A stretch of DNA of 64,000 bases from a virus. The stretch spans positions 23,548 to 87,547 of the IMG/VR virus record IMGVR_UViG_3300033146_001994, one strand, 5' to 3'. The notes under the pieces are model-generated. The model saw only the letters and a program-made list of their open reading frames with translations, was not told where the DNA came from and searched no databases. The position numbers and the translations under genes are program-made. Of this stretch, positions 34,301 through 44,486 are shown piece after piece; the first letter of the stretch is position 1, and each line of letters begins with the position of its first letter.

Positions 34301-37300
34301 AAATCAATAGCAAGAAGTACAATAGATAAAAACGGTAAAAAAGTAACAGTTATTACAGATGTAATAAATAATGATTTTGAAGAAGCTAATGAGAAAAATA
34401 AAAAGAAAATAGATTCTTACAATGCTACTGGCATTTTAGAAAAGGAGCCTACTAAAAAGTCTACTAAAGAGCCTACTAAGAAATCTGTCAGAAATGTTAC
34501 TAAAGATACTGCTAAAAATGTTCTACTTGCAATTTTACAGCATGGTACAGAACGTGAAAAAGTACTAGCTAAAAATCTTCTTAATGTATTAGATTTTAGT
34601 GCAATTAAATTTGAATATAGTAATGAATTGAATGCTCCTGGGAAGCATAATAAAGGAACAATAACAATAAATACTAAACTAAGTATTAATGCTACTACAT
34701 TACATGAATATTTACATGCACTTCTTTATCAAAAAGACTCAACTGAGTATTTTAATACTATAAAGGCTATTTTTGAATCTACTCTTAAATCATTTGAAGA
34801 AAATGCTGATGAAGCTTCAAAAGAGATGTATAAAAGAATGACAGAAGCTTTTAATAAAAACCATAATCTAAAAGACTTCCTTGACAGCTTAACTGATGAG
34901 GAAGTAGTACTTGCTGAGAAACTATATGGATTATTAAACGAAAGTGAATTTCATTCTACTATTACAACTGATGAGGATTTTCAAAGATATTTAGATAGCT
35001 TAGGAATTAAAGTAGATGGTATTTCTGTAGTAAAAAGAACTTTAAAAACATTCTTTAAAGAAATTTTAAAAATATTTAACAGCTTTACAGGCAAGATTTT
35101 AAAAAAAGATGACCCTCTTTATCAAAGCTTAGTTGCATTAGCAAACTTGCAGACAGTAGAAGATGTTTCTACCGTTGAAAATGAAAGTACTGAAAATGAA
35201 AGTACTAAAAATGCTACTGACGATATTACTGTAACAGAAGAACTTATTAAGAATGAACCTATTAGTCCTGAAAATCCTATTGAGCCTAAAAATCCTATTG
35301 AACCTATTGAACCTAATGATAATAATTTTCCTGATGCACCAAATCCTATACCTGATTTAGAAGTATCTCAAGTAGATAATATAGAAAATGAAAATGAAAA
35401 TACTAATGAACCTGATTTTAAACAGGATGATGTAGTAATTTATAAAGGAGAGGTTTATACTGTTGTAAGACTTACTAAAGCACGAGTTGTTATTGCAGAT
35501 GTTAATAATAATACTAAAGCTGTACATCCAAAATCACTTACATTAGAATCTTCCAATACTGTTATAGACGAATTTGAAGATACTCAAAAAACTGTAAAAA
35601 TAAATACAGAGAATGAGATAAAAGCAGAACAATATTCCGTCAAAGAAGTTGAATCTATTGATAATGAAACTACCACAAATGAAGAATTCCAAACAAAGGC
35701 TAATGCTGTAGCGCATAAAACTATTGAGGATGTTGGCAATGCAGATGGTACACATAGCTCTAAAGAAGTAACTAATACAGGACGTAATCTAATTGATGCT
35801 CACTTACAAAAAGGAGATAAAGTTACACTTGTCGCTGTTGATGATGATAGTATTGAAATGTATACTTTTGATGAAGCGGGTAATAGAAAAACTACTACTT
35901 GGGGAGAATTTAAAAAAACAGCCTCAAGTCAAGAAGATATTATAGATTACCAACCTATAGGAATTTACTCCAATGGTAAATTAATTGGATATATACATAC
36001 TTCTGATTGGGTTTTTAATAATGCAGAAACATTTGAAAATGGTGTAAAAGAGTCTGAAAAGTTACATAATATTAGAAAAGATATTTTAGTTAAAGAGGGG
36101 AATATAGAGGTAAAAGTAGAAAGTGTTACAGGTGGAGTACTGTCAATTGCAGAAGTAGCTAAAAATGGAATTTTTTATCCTGAGAAAGATACATTGGAAA
36201 ATAGAATATCTGAGGATACTCCTATTATAATAATGCATGCTAATGGTTCCATTTCATCTACACATAATATAAATACTACTGAACTTCTTGAAAATAATAC
36301 TAATCTTATTTATGGTCATCCATACATTGTAATTAAAGACTTAAACGGTTCATTACGTGCTGTTGCAATTAGGCATAATACATTAGATAATTTACTTGCT
36401 TTAAATCCTACACATACCATTAAAGCACTAGTTGCAGCTGCAATATTCTCAACTACAAAGGGCAATTTAGATTCAATAGAATTTGAACCTTTTAAAAATC
36501 TTGTAGCGAAAGGTATTGAATATGCTAAACAACTAAATATTGATATTACACCTGACAATGTAGCTAAATATTCTCTAACAGGTGAAAATGGGTCTACCTT
36601 ATCTTTAGTAAATTATATCTCACAATTTCTTTATCAACAATCAGACGGGGAATTTGAAAACGCTGTACAAGAACAATCAACTAAAAAGAATGGTAAACCT
36701 GCTTTTAAATTTAAGGTAGTTACCGTAAATAATATAAATACCTTACAGTTCAATTTCATATCTGAATTTCTTACAGCTAATGGAGATGATGGAGTGAGAT
36801 TTATAAATCTAATGAACTCTAAAGCAAACGTAATTTCAAACCAACGGAAAATATTAAATATATTAAATGGGTCATTTACAGATGCACTAAGTGCACAAAG
36901 AACTAATCTTAATGCAGAAGCACTTAGAAACAATAGAACTATTAAGGTAGTAAATGAATCCAATGGAGAAATAGAAACACTTGATTATAATACTTATGCT
37001 AGGAAAGCTACAACTACTATATTGGAAGCTTCTAAGGATAATGATGATAATTTATATCATTTCATTCAACCTACAGTTAGATTGGATTTAAGTTCTATTA
37101 AGGATAATTCTAAGCGTACACAGCTTACAGAAGAGGAAATATCATCAATTACACCTTCTGCTACCAACAACAATGTGGTAGAAGCTGATACAGGTGAGGG
37201 GCTTGATGATGAATTTGCATTTACACATAGAGACTTAAAGGAATTAAAAGAATCAACTGAAAATTTACTAGTACATGGTACTACACTTAAGTTGCAAACT

Positions 37301-40300
37301 AGAATTTTAAATGTCCTGAATACAGAAGTATATAATTATATATTGAAAGAGGGCAATATTTCTAATGGGTATAAGCTTAGTGGAGCTAAAATAGAAGCTT
37401 TTTTAGATTCTAAGATAGAAGAATTAAAACATAATGTAGAATTAACTAAAACTGAGCCTAATAAAAAAGCTAATAGGATAGGGAGATATTCTAAAACACA
37501 GTATAAAAGCTTAGATAAAATATTAAATTCCTCTGATACTATCAAATATAATATAAAAAGAGCCTTAAATACTACTTTAGGTATTACACACAGTGAGGAA
37601 CTTGAAGATTTAATTAATGATTCAAGAGGTAAACAACAAAATTGGGATATGGATTCTTTTCAAATTAATCCTAATATTGGAATATCAGCAGAAGTAAAAA
37701 TCTTTTTAAGTACCCTCACTACTGGGAAATTCTTAGGGTTTAATATGTCAAGAAGTATGAATGATTCATTTAAAATACTTAGGAATGTATTAAAAGATTT
37801 ACCTCCAAACAAAAAGGTAATGTTAAATGAACTAGCTAAATTTACAAAGGCTTATCCTGAGTTTAAAATACTAATTGAAAAATTAAATGATGCTTCTAAT
37901 CAACAAATTTCAAATAAATTTGTATCTCAAATGTGCGGACATGTTGCTAGTGGAGTATTTATATTTGAAAATACTGCGTATAGTAAGGATTCAAAGAAAA
38001 CAGAAACTGTTGTAACAGTAGAAAAATCAGACGCAAATGATATAACAAAAGTAATCTTAAATAAGTGGGCAAAAAACTTATTTGATTCTAAGTATGTAAA
38101 ATTAGAAAATGGAGAACATTACTTTACAGATAAAAAAGGAATAATAAAAGAACTTGAAAGTATAAAAGTTGTAAATATAGCAACACTTAAACCCGTACTA
38201 GATGCTTTAGGTATAAAACTATCTGATGAACTTTACAATGAAATTGAAACAGGTAAGTATTTTTATAAAGGTAAAAAAGTTACACTTACTGTAGTACGTA
38301 ATTTAGTAAAACTTACACTAACTTCTAGTAAAGATACTGCAAGTACTGCTGCAAGGAATGTCAGTCTAGAGACCTCAAATATATTTGGTCAGACTTTCCT
38401 AAAAGCTTTAGCAAAAGAGGATTCTAAATATAATGCTACTGAGACAGCAAATGCTCACATGGAGGGTACTAAAAAAGTATATTCTTATGGATTAAATTAT
38501 AGGCTAAAACAATTAGAAGCAAAACTGTTAGGCAAATTTGATAATTTCAGTTCTTATGCAAAGGGCACATTTACTTCTATATTTTCAAGAAATTCCGCAT
38601 GGCTAAAGAATGCTTACTATATAGATAAGGATGGTAATATCAAGCCTAGAGAAAATAGCTCATTTTTAGCTAACTTTGCTATTGGAACAGTTTCTTTACA
38701 AGCACATAAGAAAGCAAAAGCAAAAAACAAAGACAATGCAGATTTTAGAGCTATTGAAAGAAAAGAAAAAGAGATAACTGCATTAGGATTTATGCATGCT
38801 AGTAGAACAGATAATTCAGGAAATAATGATAGAATTATTTCTTTGTTGTACTTAACACCATCTAATAAAAAGAAATCACCAATTGTCACTGTACCTGCAT
38901 TTAAAGCTAATTTTAAACCTTTCAGTGCAGAAAACGATAACTATGAGTATACAGAAGAAACTATACAGAGAATGTTTGAACAACTGGTTGCTCCTGAACT
39001 TGATAGAATACGTTCTTTTGAACAACTGGAAGCTGTAAATAAATTAGACATAGCTACTAATTATAAGAATGGCTATAAGGCTTTTTACACAATACCTGCT
39101 TTAAACGCTTTATACATTAATGAAGATGGAAGTTTAAGAGCTGATTATAATTCAGATAATGTGAGAAGAAGAGCTAAAAAGTTAATGTTGAGTACATTAA
39201 GCAAATTAACTTCCGAAACAACAGACTATTGGGTAAAAGAGGGAATTGGTGTAACTACTGACAGATTTAATAGCCCACATATAAATAGTAAATTTCTAAG
39301 CAGTGAGCATGTTACTTTAGATAAAAGGACACCTAGAAAATTATTAGTCTCAATCGCATTAGATTTTAACTTACAATATTTAATAGGCAATGCCAATATG
39401 GCAATGACCCTTGCTGGAGATATTGCATCCTTTTATAAAGGAAAAGTTCCAATTCAAAACCTTTCTGCTGAGGATAAAAATGCAGCTATACAGGTAGCAT
39501 TTGAAAATTTAGGTAAGCGTCTAGCTAAAGATATTGCTCCTGGAACAGAATATACAGATAATACAGAAGATGGCTCAGAATCAAATATAACATATGCTGT
39601 AGCGGCTGATTTAAGATTAGATTCTAATGCCTTAGAAGAAATAAAAAAAGTATCTAATGAAAATAACTTTAAAGGAATAACTGCAACAGATGCACAAGAA
39701 TTTGTAACATTTACACATAGATTAAGTTTACTTGCTAGGGATGGTAGTATATCAGAAATACTGGCTGATAAAATTATAAATATTGTAAAAAGTGAAATAA
39801 AAAAAGGAAATCACTTTTACATGGATAATGTTAGAGCAATTTTGTCACCTAAAGAACTTAAAGAGTTCAATACAATAATATTTAAACCTACTAAATTGGA
39901 GTATACTGGAAATACTTTTAATAAAGTGGATGCAGATACAAATATTAAACAAGAACTATATGTTAAATCTTCTGATATTGTATTACAACAGGAAGAGCTT
40001 TATGGAAAACAATTAGATAAGGTTAGAATTGCAATGGAAAAAGCAGAGGTTGACAGACTGCCTTTTAGTACTGCTGCAAAAATTTCAGGACAGTCAAATG
40101 AGAAACATGTAAAGCTGTTTAATGAAACTGGTGATGTATTAGATGTTGAAACTATTACAGAAAATTTAAATAATGGAAAATTTGTAGTTTCACTTAGAGG
40201 ACTAAAAGAACAGCAAAAATTACCCTCTCACGGAGAAAACTCACACATAAATACAGTGACACAAACTTCTAAAAACTGGCTTACTGATGTTATTTCTTTA

Positions 40301-43300
40301 GATGACTTTGTAGATTTATCGGGGAATACTAAAACAGGAGATGAGTTACTTGCTGATTATAATGCAGAATTACAAAAAATCTATGACGCTTCGTTTGAAA
40401 ATTTAAAGACATTTTTAGGGGTAAAGATAGATGGTAAAGGACGTTTGGATTTAACAGAGTTAGATTATATTAATTTAAAAGCTTTACTAAAAAAATCAGC
40501 ACTACAGACTAGAAACGATATTAATACGGAACATTATATTGAATACAGTGATAGGGATTTAAGAAGCTTAAGTTTTGCTCCTGTAGATTTTGAATCTATA
40601 ATGAACTCATTAGTTAAGAGTGAATTACTTAGTAATAAAATGCCTGGAAGTTCTTTAGTAGTTGTTACAGAAGCAGGGTTGAGAAATATTGCAGAAAATG
40701 ATGATATATATAGCGGAAAATATGGTAACATAACTACTCCATTAGCTCTAAATAGAACTATACATACTAAAGATTATACTGGGGAATTAAAACACAATGA
40801 GTGTTTTGTACAATGGAAATTTAGAGATATTGATGGTAAACTATTAAATATTGAAGACTACTTGGATGAAGATGGTAATTTAGATGAAAAGAAATTTACT
40901 CCTGAAATGCTTACTATATTTTCAATGAGAATACCTAACCAAGGATTAAACTTTCAGAAGAGTTTAAAAATAGTAGGATTTTTACCGTATAACTCTGGAG
41001 ATAGGATAGTTACTTCTAAGGATTTAACAATTACAATGGGGCAGGATTTTGATATTGATAAATTATACTGCTATACATATAATTACTATATAAAAAGTGA
41101 TGGTACAATAGCAAGATTAAATGAAGAGGGTGTAAATAATCTAAATACATATGTAAAATCTTTAGGACTAAACTCAATTGCTGAATTAAAAGAAGCTATT
41201 ATTGGCAGACTTAAAAAATCTAAGATTGAAAATATTGATTTACAAGCTGAAATATCAAGAAACCAAAAAGCAGTTAATACACTTAATACTGAATTTGATA
41301 AAAGTTCTACTCCTAAGAATCTAAAAGAACTGATATATAATGTAATAGATGATTTAAAAAGCCTAAGAACAAAAGAAAAATTAACCTCTAGAGAAATAGA
41401 AGATTTAAAATATAACCTATACTTGATAGACAAGCTCTCTAATAGTACGCATATAGCACAAAATAATATAGTAGATATACACCATATGGTACATCAAAAT
41501 AAAAATGATATAGTACAAGCAAAATTATTTAAACAAGAGAATGCATTATTCTTAGAAAAAAATGGAGATGAAGAAACTGTTGTAAGTAAAATTATACAGA
41601 TTGAAGAGAAAAAAAATAGTACTAAAAATTTCATAGGATTTTCTGCTAAATATCAACTAGATAAGAAACAACAAGGAAGTTTTGCTCAAACTGCTGTAGG
41701 TATATTTGCAAATGATATTATATTAAATAGTTTAGGGCAACAGATTTTAAAAAAATCTGGCAGAGGACTTTCTATAGCACAACAAACAATAAATTGGGGT
41801 ACTAATGATAAGGGTATTATTGATTTAACAGGCAGTAAAAATAATTTTAAAAGTAAAGATGGAAAATATTACAGGTCAGATATACATTCAGCATGGCTTA
41901 CTATTGAAGTAGATGATGAAAACGCTCAAATTGCTGGACACTTAAATGTAAACAAAATAACAATTCCATTTATTAAAGCAATGAATCATATGGGCTATTC
42001 TACAATTACACCGTTAATTTTAGTACAGCCTATTATACAGGAATATGTAGATGCTTTAAATACTTTAAAACATTCTGATGAGTACGTAAGCAATGCAGAA
42101 GACATTGTTATTAAACAACTTCTTAAAAAATATAATTATAGCGAACAACAAATTCAATTTTATTTTACAAGTGAACTTTTAGACGATGGTGAAAATATCA
42201 GGAGTGCTGACAGATATACCAATAAATCTCTTACTGAAAAGCAGCTATTTAAAATGCTTGAAGCTGAGGATATACACAAATTTGATAACATTCAGGCAGC
42301 AATTCTTATTAAATTCTTAAAAACAGCAGAAATAGGAGCAACTATATCACGTGCCCAACAACTACTAAACATTGACAGTAAAGGATATGGAAAAGACTTT
42401 GCACATGCAATTGCTCTTGAAGAGAGTATAGCAAAGAGTGCAGAACATCCTCCTATAAAAGAATTTAGTAAGTTGTTTGAAAACAGTATTTTAAAAAACA
42501 GTCTTAAGGCATTAAGTTTAAATAATGCACTTTGGCAAGATAGTAATTTCTATCTAGGTGCTAATACAGAAGCAGTTATAAAGATTATAGCAGGTTTATC
42601 ATCAAAATCATTTGAAAGTGTAAGTAGTAAGGCAGAATTTTACAGAACTATGTATAAGCTTTTAAAGGCTTATATGATGACTTCAAAAAATACCTTATGG
42701 CGCAATGAAGATACAGATTTAACATCTGAACGTGAACGTATTTTAAAAGGTAAAAATTCAATTCAAGTAAGAACTAAACTCTTAAAAAGTTCTGATAATT
42801 TTAAGCTTAAATCAAATGCATTTTTAAATTCTCTAACTGTAGAAAGCTCTAAATATAATTTAGCTAAAGTGACACAGCTTATTACAAACATAGAAGATAG
42901 TACTTCTGATGAGATGATAAAAAGTTTTATCGATTTAGCTTTAATGGACGTAACAGTGGAGGGTGTTGAGGTTAAAGAATATGCAGAGGATTTAGTTAAA
43001 GCAGCTGTACTTAATGGAGAAATGTATGGTGCAATAGATTATTCAAAATCTATACCTGCAATATTATTACATTCTATTCCTTTTATGCAGGAACTTGTTG
43101 ATATAAGTGATTCATATAAAATGAATTTAAATGACTTTTTCAATGTGAAAAATGCGACATTGATAAGGGAAAAAGGCTTTAAAGCATTAGATATTAATAC
43201 TATTCCTCCAGTTGTTTTACAAATTTTTAGAAATTCTCCTGAATTAGTTTCGGGAAGAGTAAATAGAAACATATTACCTAAAAATCCAGGAACACATGTA

Positions 43301-44482
43301 AGCATTCCTTTAGAAGCAGGAAAATTACCTGAATCAATATTTTCTATATATAGTTATAATAGAAAACAAAATCCATATAAGTTGTATGTATTAGTAGGAG
43401 AAAGTACTGATAAAAATGGCACTCCTATAAATGCTGAATATTTAGAAGTCGGAGTATTAAATGTAGGTAATACTATAAAAGAATTCAATGCTAACCTGAA
43501 ACCTGGAAGTTTAGTAAAAGGTGTAAATGTCTCCACTAATACTAAACAACTAAATAGTACGTATAGCAAGATTACTAAAAGTGCCAATTTTGCAAAAACA
43601 TCTGAACATGCTACTGGCAAAACATTGTACATTAAGGAAGAAAATGATACTAAGACAGAATCTGCAAAAGAACAACTACAAGACATAGAAAATGTAAGTG
43701 GATTTAAGCAAGAATTTGAAGATGATAGACCTCCTTTACATAATACAGTTATTACTAATTCTATACAAGATATTACTGAACCACTTACAGATTATGATGA
43801 TGTAGAAGAAAATCCTATACCTGATAAAGCTGTTGAAGATGCTATATTAAGCAATACTAATAAGCACGAAGAGTTTGCACTTCAAAAGAGATTAAGTAAA
43901 AAATATAATGTAAAAATAGTAGATAAGGATGCATCAATAGAAAAGTCTCAGGATGAATTTGCTATATTAAAAAGAAAAGCAGAAGAAATAAATTCTAATT
44001 CTAATAACAAATATACAGCAGAAGTTATACAAGTATTTAAAGATAATAATACGACTGAAACTATACCGCAAATACATTTTAAAAGTAAGAATCAACAAGA
44101 AACTCCTACAGCTTTCTTATTAGATGTTAGAAAAGAAGAATTTAAAAATACATATTTTGGTAAATTAGCTCCTGATGCTGACTTTTTGTTAAAATCTATC
44201 GACATGCTTGATAGAAATAAAGAAATTAAAAAGCTAAAAGATTCTAAGCGGTCAAATAATAAATTGGATACTAAAATAGAACAACTTAAAGAAATTCAAT
44301 TGAAAGATAAAGGCACTGAGTTTTTTAAAGGTGAGATAAAAAAACTAGAGATTAAAGATGAAAAGTATGTTACTTTAGAATTAAAACCTTTAACTTTAGC
44401 CCTTAATGATGTTGTAGAAGTTGCAACATTTGTTACAGATAAAATGATAGAAAAACAAAAAGTAAAATGTTCTAAAGGATAA
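31307..44482 (+). CDS. Giant virion-packaged RNA polymerase polyprotein with zincin-like domain
   Basis: Catalytic GQDFDIDK (41045-41059), RIPNQG, TDAQEF and KRLAKDIAPG motifs; HEYLH zincin motif at 34703-34717; N-terminal Gly/Ala hydrophobic segments. Confidence 0.85.
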   Translation: MLNPEINKTNIESTEIDGNKVTPIINKNIKGTSTSTRINTALDDIPVVDMETISSNLKKAELTKNKEDEIPPEQQVTNALSEMEEIDINSIPKYKTNIDSRFKDTFDTKEFKIGSDVYELIDDYADYTDQENGDFSYSQILNKYGSFYEADAQTQGGFTKVMKGIPRILTRATHDVVDMGLHTAGFARWIFKDGLDKNKFVDVVDNSYTRAADNFFKELDNAALTKIYNRAEYNTANFGSSLMSAEFWGEDAASGIGSFLSFLVPGAALKVLNISKGLELLGMGAKLAGKMEVGIGAGINTVMESSAEAAGVVNDLKAQGITDRNVLSVQGLKSFADNVLITAAPNMIMQGLMFGKSSPNKFKTANGLWKNPKQIISEMSVGNTLKTIGEPLISEGAEEIFQYGSEQNRSNKEDFEENYFTGMLNSIKRTAVGLGETEGQKSLFLGSLLGALGGVRGAVRDKKARLSTAEGLRKSLTEINNSFIGLENLYKTKVEYDDAGNPTIKLDLKDGLIVEKDPEKIYKELQRIGGLYARSVVIEALHIKNAGEVDASAKIEELPLSIEQKDYINSLSEKAAKEAYSDEMNNSILEWIIPHLAVEGGAEVANNKLDEVLNSSSIVGKYLKESKLTDFFKEQINSLQEEYIDLETHPEKLKVTAKTDKHIKYKNAFIERLKIMKLSALFNTNLLDAKIKDKEAEIEKLLKASEDLSKSAEFAYAKKRGTRRKKSNNTARNRELKAQIQQKKEEFKNLTDNNLQDNKDIQKEIQELEKEQKKVQEQETQEQLEQEKTQSKVHPEYALEHKRLASELKALYEEKEYFQKQSAGLTNKNSRQDLFDNFVGIKYKNKYKQAKYEAEQNLKKEKQTAERYSIITANQYNSKLRKLQLDLNSVNVNKISETLDKYTKDINEDTKLSDEHKKTLLDTISKFKSVLDEVNSTRNVQVEALNMMLNNNVEGLQQLLTDISNDKNLSTKEYTILNIYVNKLLDDLMIYGAVRVAAKSIARSTIDKNGKKVTVITDVINNDFEEANEKNKKKIDSYNATGILEKEPTKKSTKEPTKKSVRNVTKDTAKNVLLAILQHGTEREKVLAKNLLNVLDFSAIKFEYSNELNAPGKHNKGTITINTKLSINATTLHEYLHALLYQKDSTEYFNTIKAIFESTLKSFEENADEASKEMYKRMTEAFNKNHNLKDFLDSLTDEEVVLAEKLYGLLNESEFHSTITTDEDFQRYLDSLGIKVDGISVVKRTLKTFFKEILKIFNSFTGKILKKDDPLYQSLVALANLQTVEDVSTVENESTENESTKNATDDITVTEELIKNEPISPENPIEPKNPIEPIEPNDNNFPDAPNPIPDLEVSQVDNIENENENTNEPDFKQDDVVIYKGEVYTVVRLTKARVVIADVNNNTKAVHPKSLTLESSNTVIDEFEDTQKTVKINTENEIKAEQYSVKEVESIDNETTTNEEFQTKANAVAHKTIEDVGNADGTHSSKEVTNTGRNLIDAHLQKGDKVTLVAVDDDSIEMYTFDEAGNRKTTTWGEFKKTASSQEDIIDYQPIGIYSNGKLIGYIHTSDWVFNNAETFENGVKESEKLHNIRKDILVKEGNIEVKVESVTGGVLSIAEVAKNGIFYPEKDTLENRISEDTPIIIMHANGSISSTHNINTTELLENNTNLIYGHPYIVIKDLNGSLRAVAIRHNTLDNLLALNPTHTIKALVAAAIFSTTKGNLDSIEFEPFKNLVAKGIEYAKQLNIDITPDNVAKYSLTGENGSTLSLVNYISQFLYQQSDGEFENAVQEQSTKKNGKPAFKFKVVTVNNINTLQFNFISEFLTANGDDGVRFINLMNSKANVISNQRKILNILNGSFTDALSAQRTNLNAEALRNNRTIKVVNESNGEIETLDYNTYARKATTTILEASKDNDDNLYHFIQPTVRLDLSSIKDNSKRTQLTEEEISSITPSATNNNVVEADTGEGLDDEFAFTHRDLKELKESTENLLVHGTTLKLQTRILNVLNTEVYNYILKEGNISNGYKLSGAKIEAFLDSKIEELKHNVELTKTEPNKKANRIGRYSKTQYKSLDKILNSSDTIKYNIKRALNTTLGITHSEELEDLINDSRGKQQNWDMDSFQINPNIGISAEVKIFLSTLTTGKFLGFNMSRSMNDSFKILRNVLKDLPPNKKVMLNELAKFTKAYPEFKILIEKLNDASNQQISNKFVSQMCGHVASGVFIFENTAYSKDSKKTETVVTVEKSDANDITKVILNKWAKNLFDSKYVKLENGEHYFTDKKGIIKELESIKVVNIATLKPVLDALGIKLSDELYNEIETGKYFYKGKKVTLTVVRNLVKLTLTSSKDTASTAARNVSLETSNIFGQTFLKALAKEDSKYNATETANAHMEGTKKVYSYGLNYRLKQLEAKLLGKFDNFSSYAKGTFTSIFSRNSAWLKNAYYIDKDGNIKPRENSSFLANFAIGTVSLQAHKKAKAKNKDNADFRAIERKEKEITALGFMHASRTDNSGNNDRIISLLYLTPSNKKKSPIVTVPAFKANFKPFSAENDNYEYTEETIQRMFEQLVAPELDRIRSFEQLEAVNKLDIATNYKNGYKAFYTIPALNALYINEDGSLRADYNSDNVRRRAKKLMLSTLSKLTSETTDYWVKEGIGVTTDRFNSPHINSKFLSSEHVTLDKRTPRKLLVSIALDFNLQYLIGNANMAMTLAGDIASFYKGKVPIQNLSAEDKNAAIQVAFENLGKRLAKDIAPGTEYTDNTEDGSESNITYAVAADLRLDSNALEEIKKVSNENNFKGITATDAQEFVTFTHRLSLLARDGSISEILADKIINIVKSEIKKGNHFYMDNVRAILSPKELKEFNTIIFKPTKLEYTGNTFNKVDADTNIKQELYVKSSDIVLQQEELYGKQLDKVRIAMEKAEVDRLPFSTAAKISGQSNEKHVKLFNETGDVLDVETITENLNNGKFVVSLRGLKEQQKLPSHGENSHINTVTQTSKNWLTDVISLDDFVDLSGNTKTGDELLADYNAELQKIYDASFENLKTFLGVKIDGKGRLDLTELDYINLKALLKKSALQTRNDINTEHYIEYSDRDLRSLSFAPVDFESIMNSLVKSELLSNKMPGSSLVVVTEAGLRNIAENDDIYSGKYGNITTPLALNRTIHTKDYTGELKHNECFVQWKFRDIDGKLLNIEDYLDEDGNLDEKKFTPEMLTIFSMRIPNQGLNFQKSLKIVGFLPYNSGDRIVTSKDLTITMGQDFDIDKLYCYTYNYYIKSDGTIARLNEEGVNNLNTYVKSLGLNSIAELKEAIIGRLKKSKIENIDLQAEISRNQKAVNTLNTEFDKSSTPKNLKELIYNVIDDLKSLRTKEKLTSREIEDLKYNLYLIDKLSNSTHIAQNNIVDIHHMVHQNKNDIVQAKLFKQENALFLEKNGDEETVVSKIIQIEEKKNSTKNFIGFSAKYQLDKKQQGSFAQTAVGIFANDIILNSLGQQILKKSGRGLSIAQQTINWGTNDKGIIDLTGSKNNFKSKDGKYYRSDIHSAWLTIEVDDENAQIAGHLNVNKITIPFIKAMNHMGYSTITPLILVQPIIQEYVDALNTLKHSDEYVSNAEDIVIKQLLKKYNYSEQQIQFYFTSELLDDGENIRSADRYTNKSLTEKQLFKMLEAEDIHKFDNIQAAILIKFLKTAEIGATISRAQQLLNIDSKGYGKDFAHAIALEESIAKSAEHPPIKEFSKLFENSILKNSLKALSLNNALWQDSNFYLGANTEAVIKIIAGLSSKSFESVSSKAEFYRTMYKLLKAYMMTSKNTLWRNEDTDLTSERERILKGKNSIQVRTKLLKSSDNFKLKSNAFLNSLTVESSKYNLAKVTQLITNIEDSTSDEMIKSFIDLALMDVTVEGVEVKEYAEDLVKAAVLNGEMYGAIDYSKSIPAILLHSIPFMQELVDISDSYKMNLNDFFNVKNATLIREKGFKALDINTIPPVVLQIFRNSPELVSGRVNRNILPKNPGTHVSIPLEAGKLPESIFSIYSYNRKQNPYKLYVLVGESTDKNGTPINAEYLEVGVLNVGNTIKEFNANLKPGSLVKGVNVSTNTKQLNSTYSKITKSANFAKTSEHATGKTLYIKEENDTKTESAKEQLQDIENVSGFKQEFEDDRPPLHNTVITNSIQDITEPLTDYDDVEENPIPDKAVEDAILSNTNKHEEFALQKRLSKKYNVKIVDKDASIEKSQDEFAILKRKAEEINSNSNNKYTAEVIQVFKDNNTTETIPQIHFKSKNQQETPTAFLLDVRKEEFKNTYFGKLAPDADFLLKSIDMLDRNKEIKKLKDSKRSNNKLDTKIEQLKEIQLKDKGTEFFKGEIKKLEIKDEKYVTLELKPLTLALNDVVEVATFVTDKMIEKQKVKCSKG

Positions 44483-44486
44483 TTAT

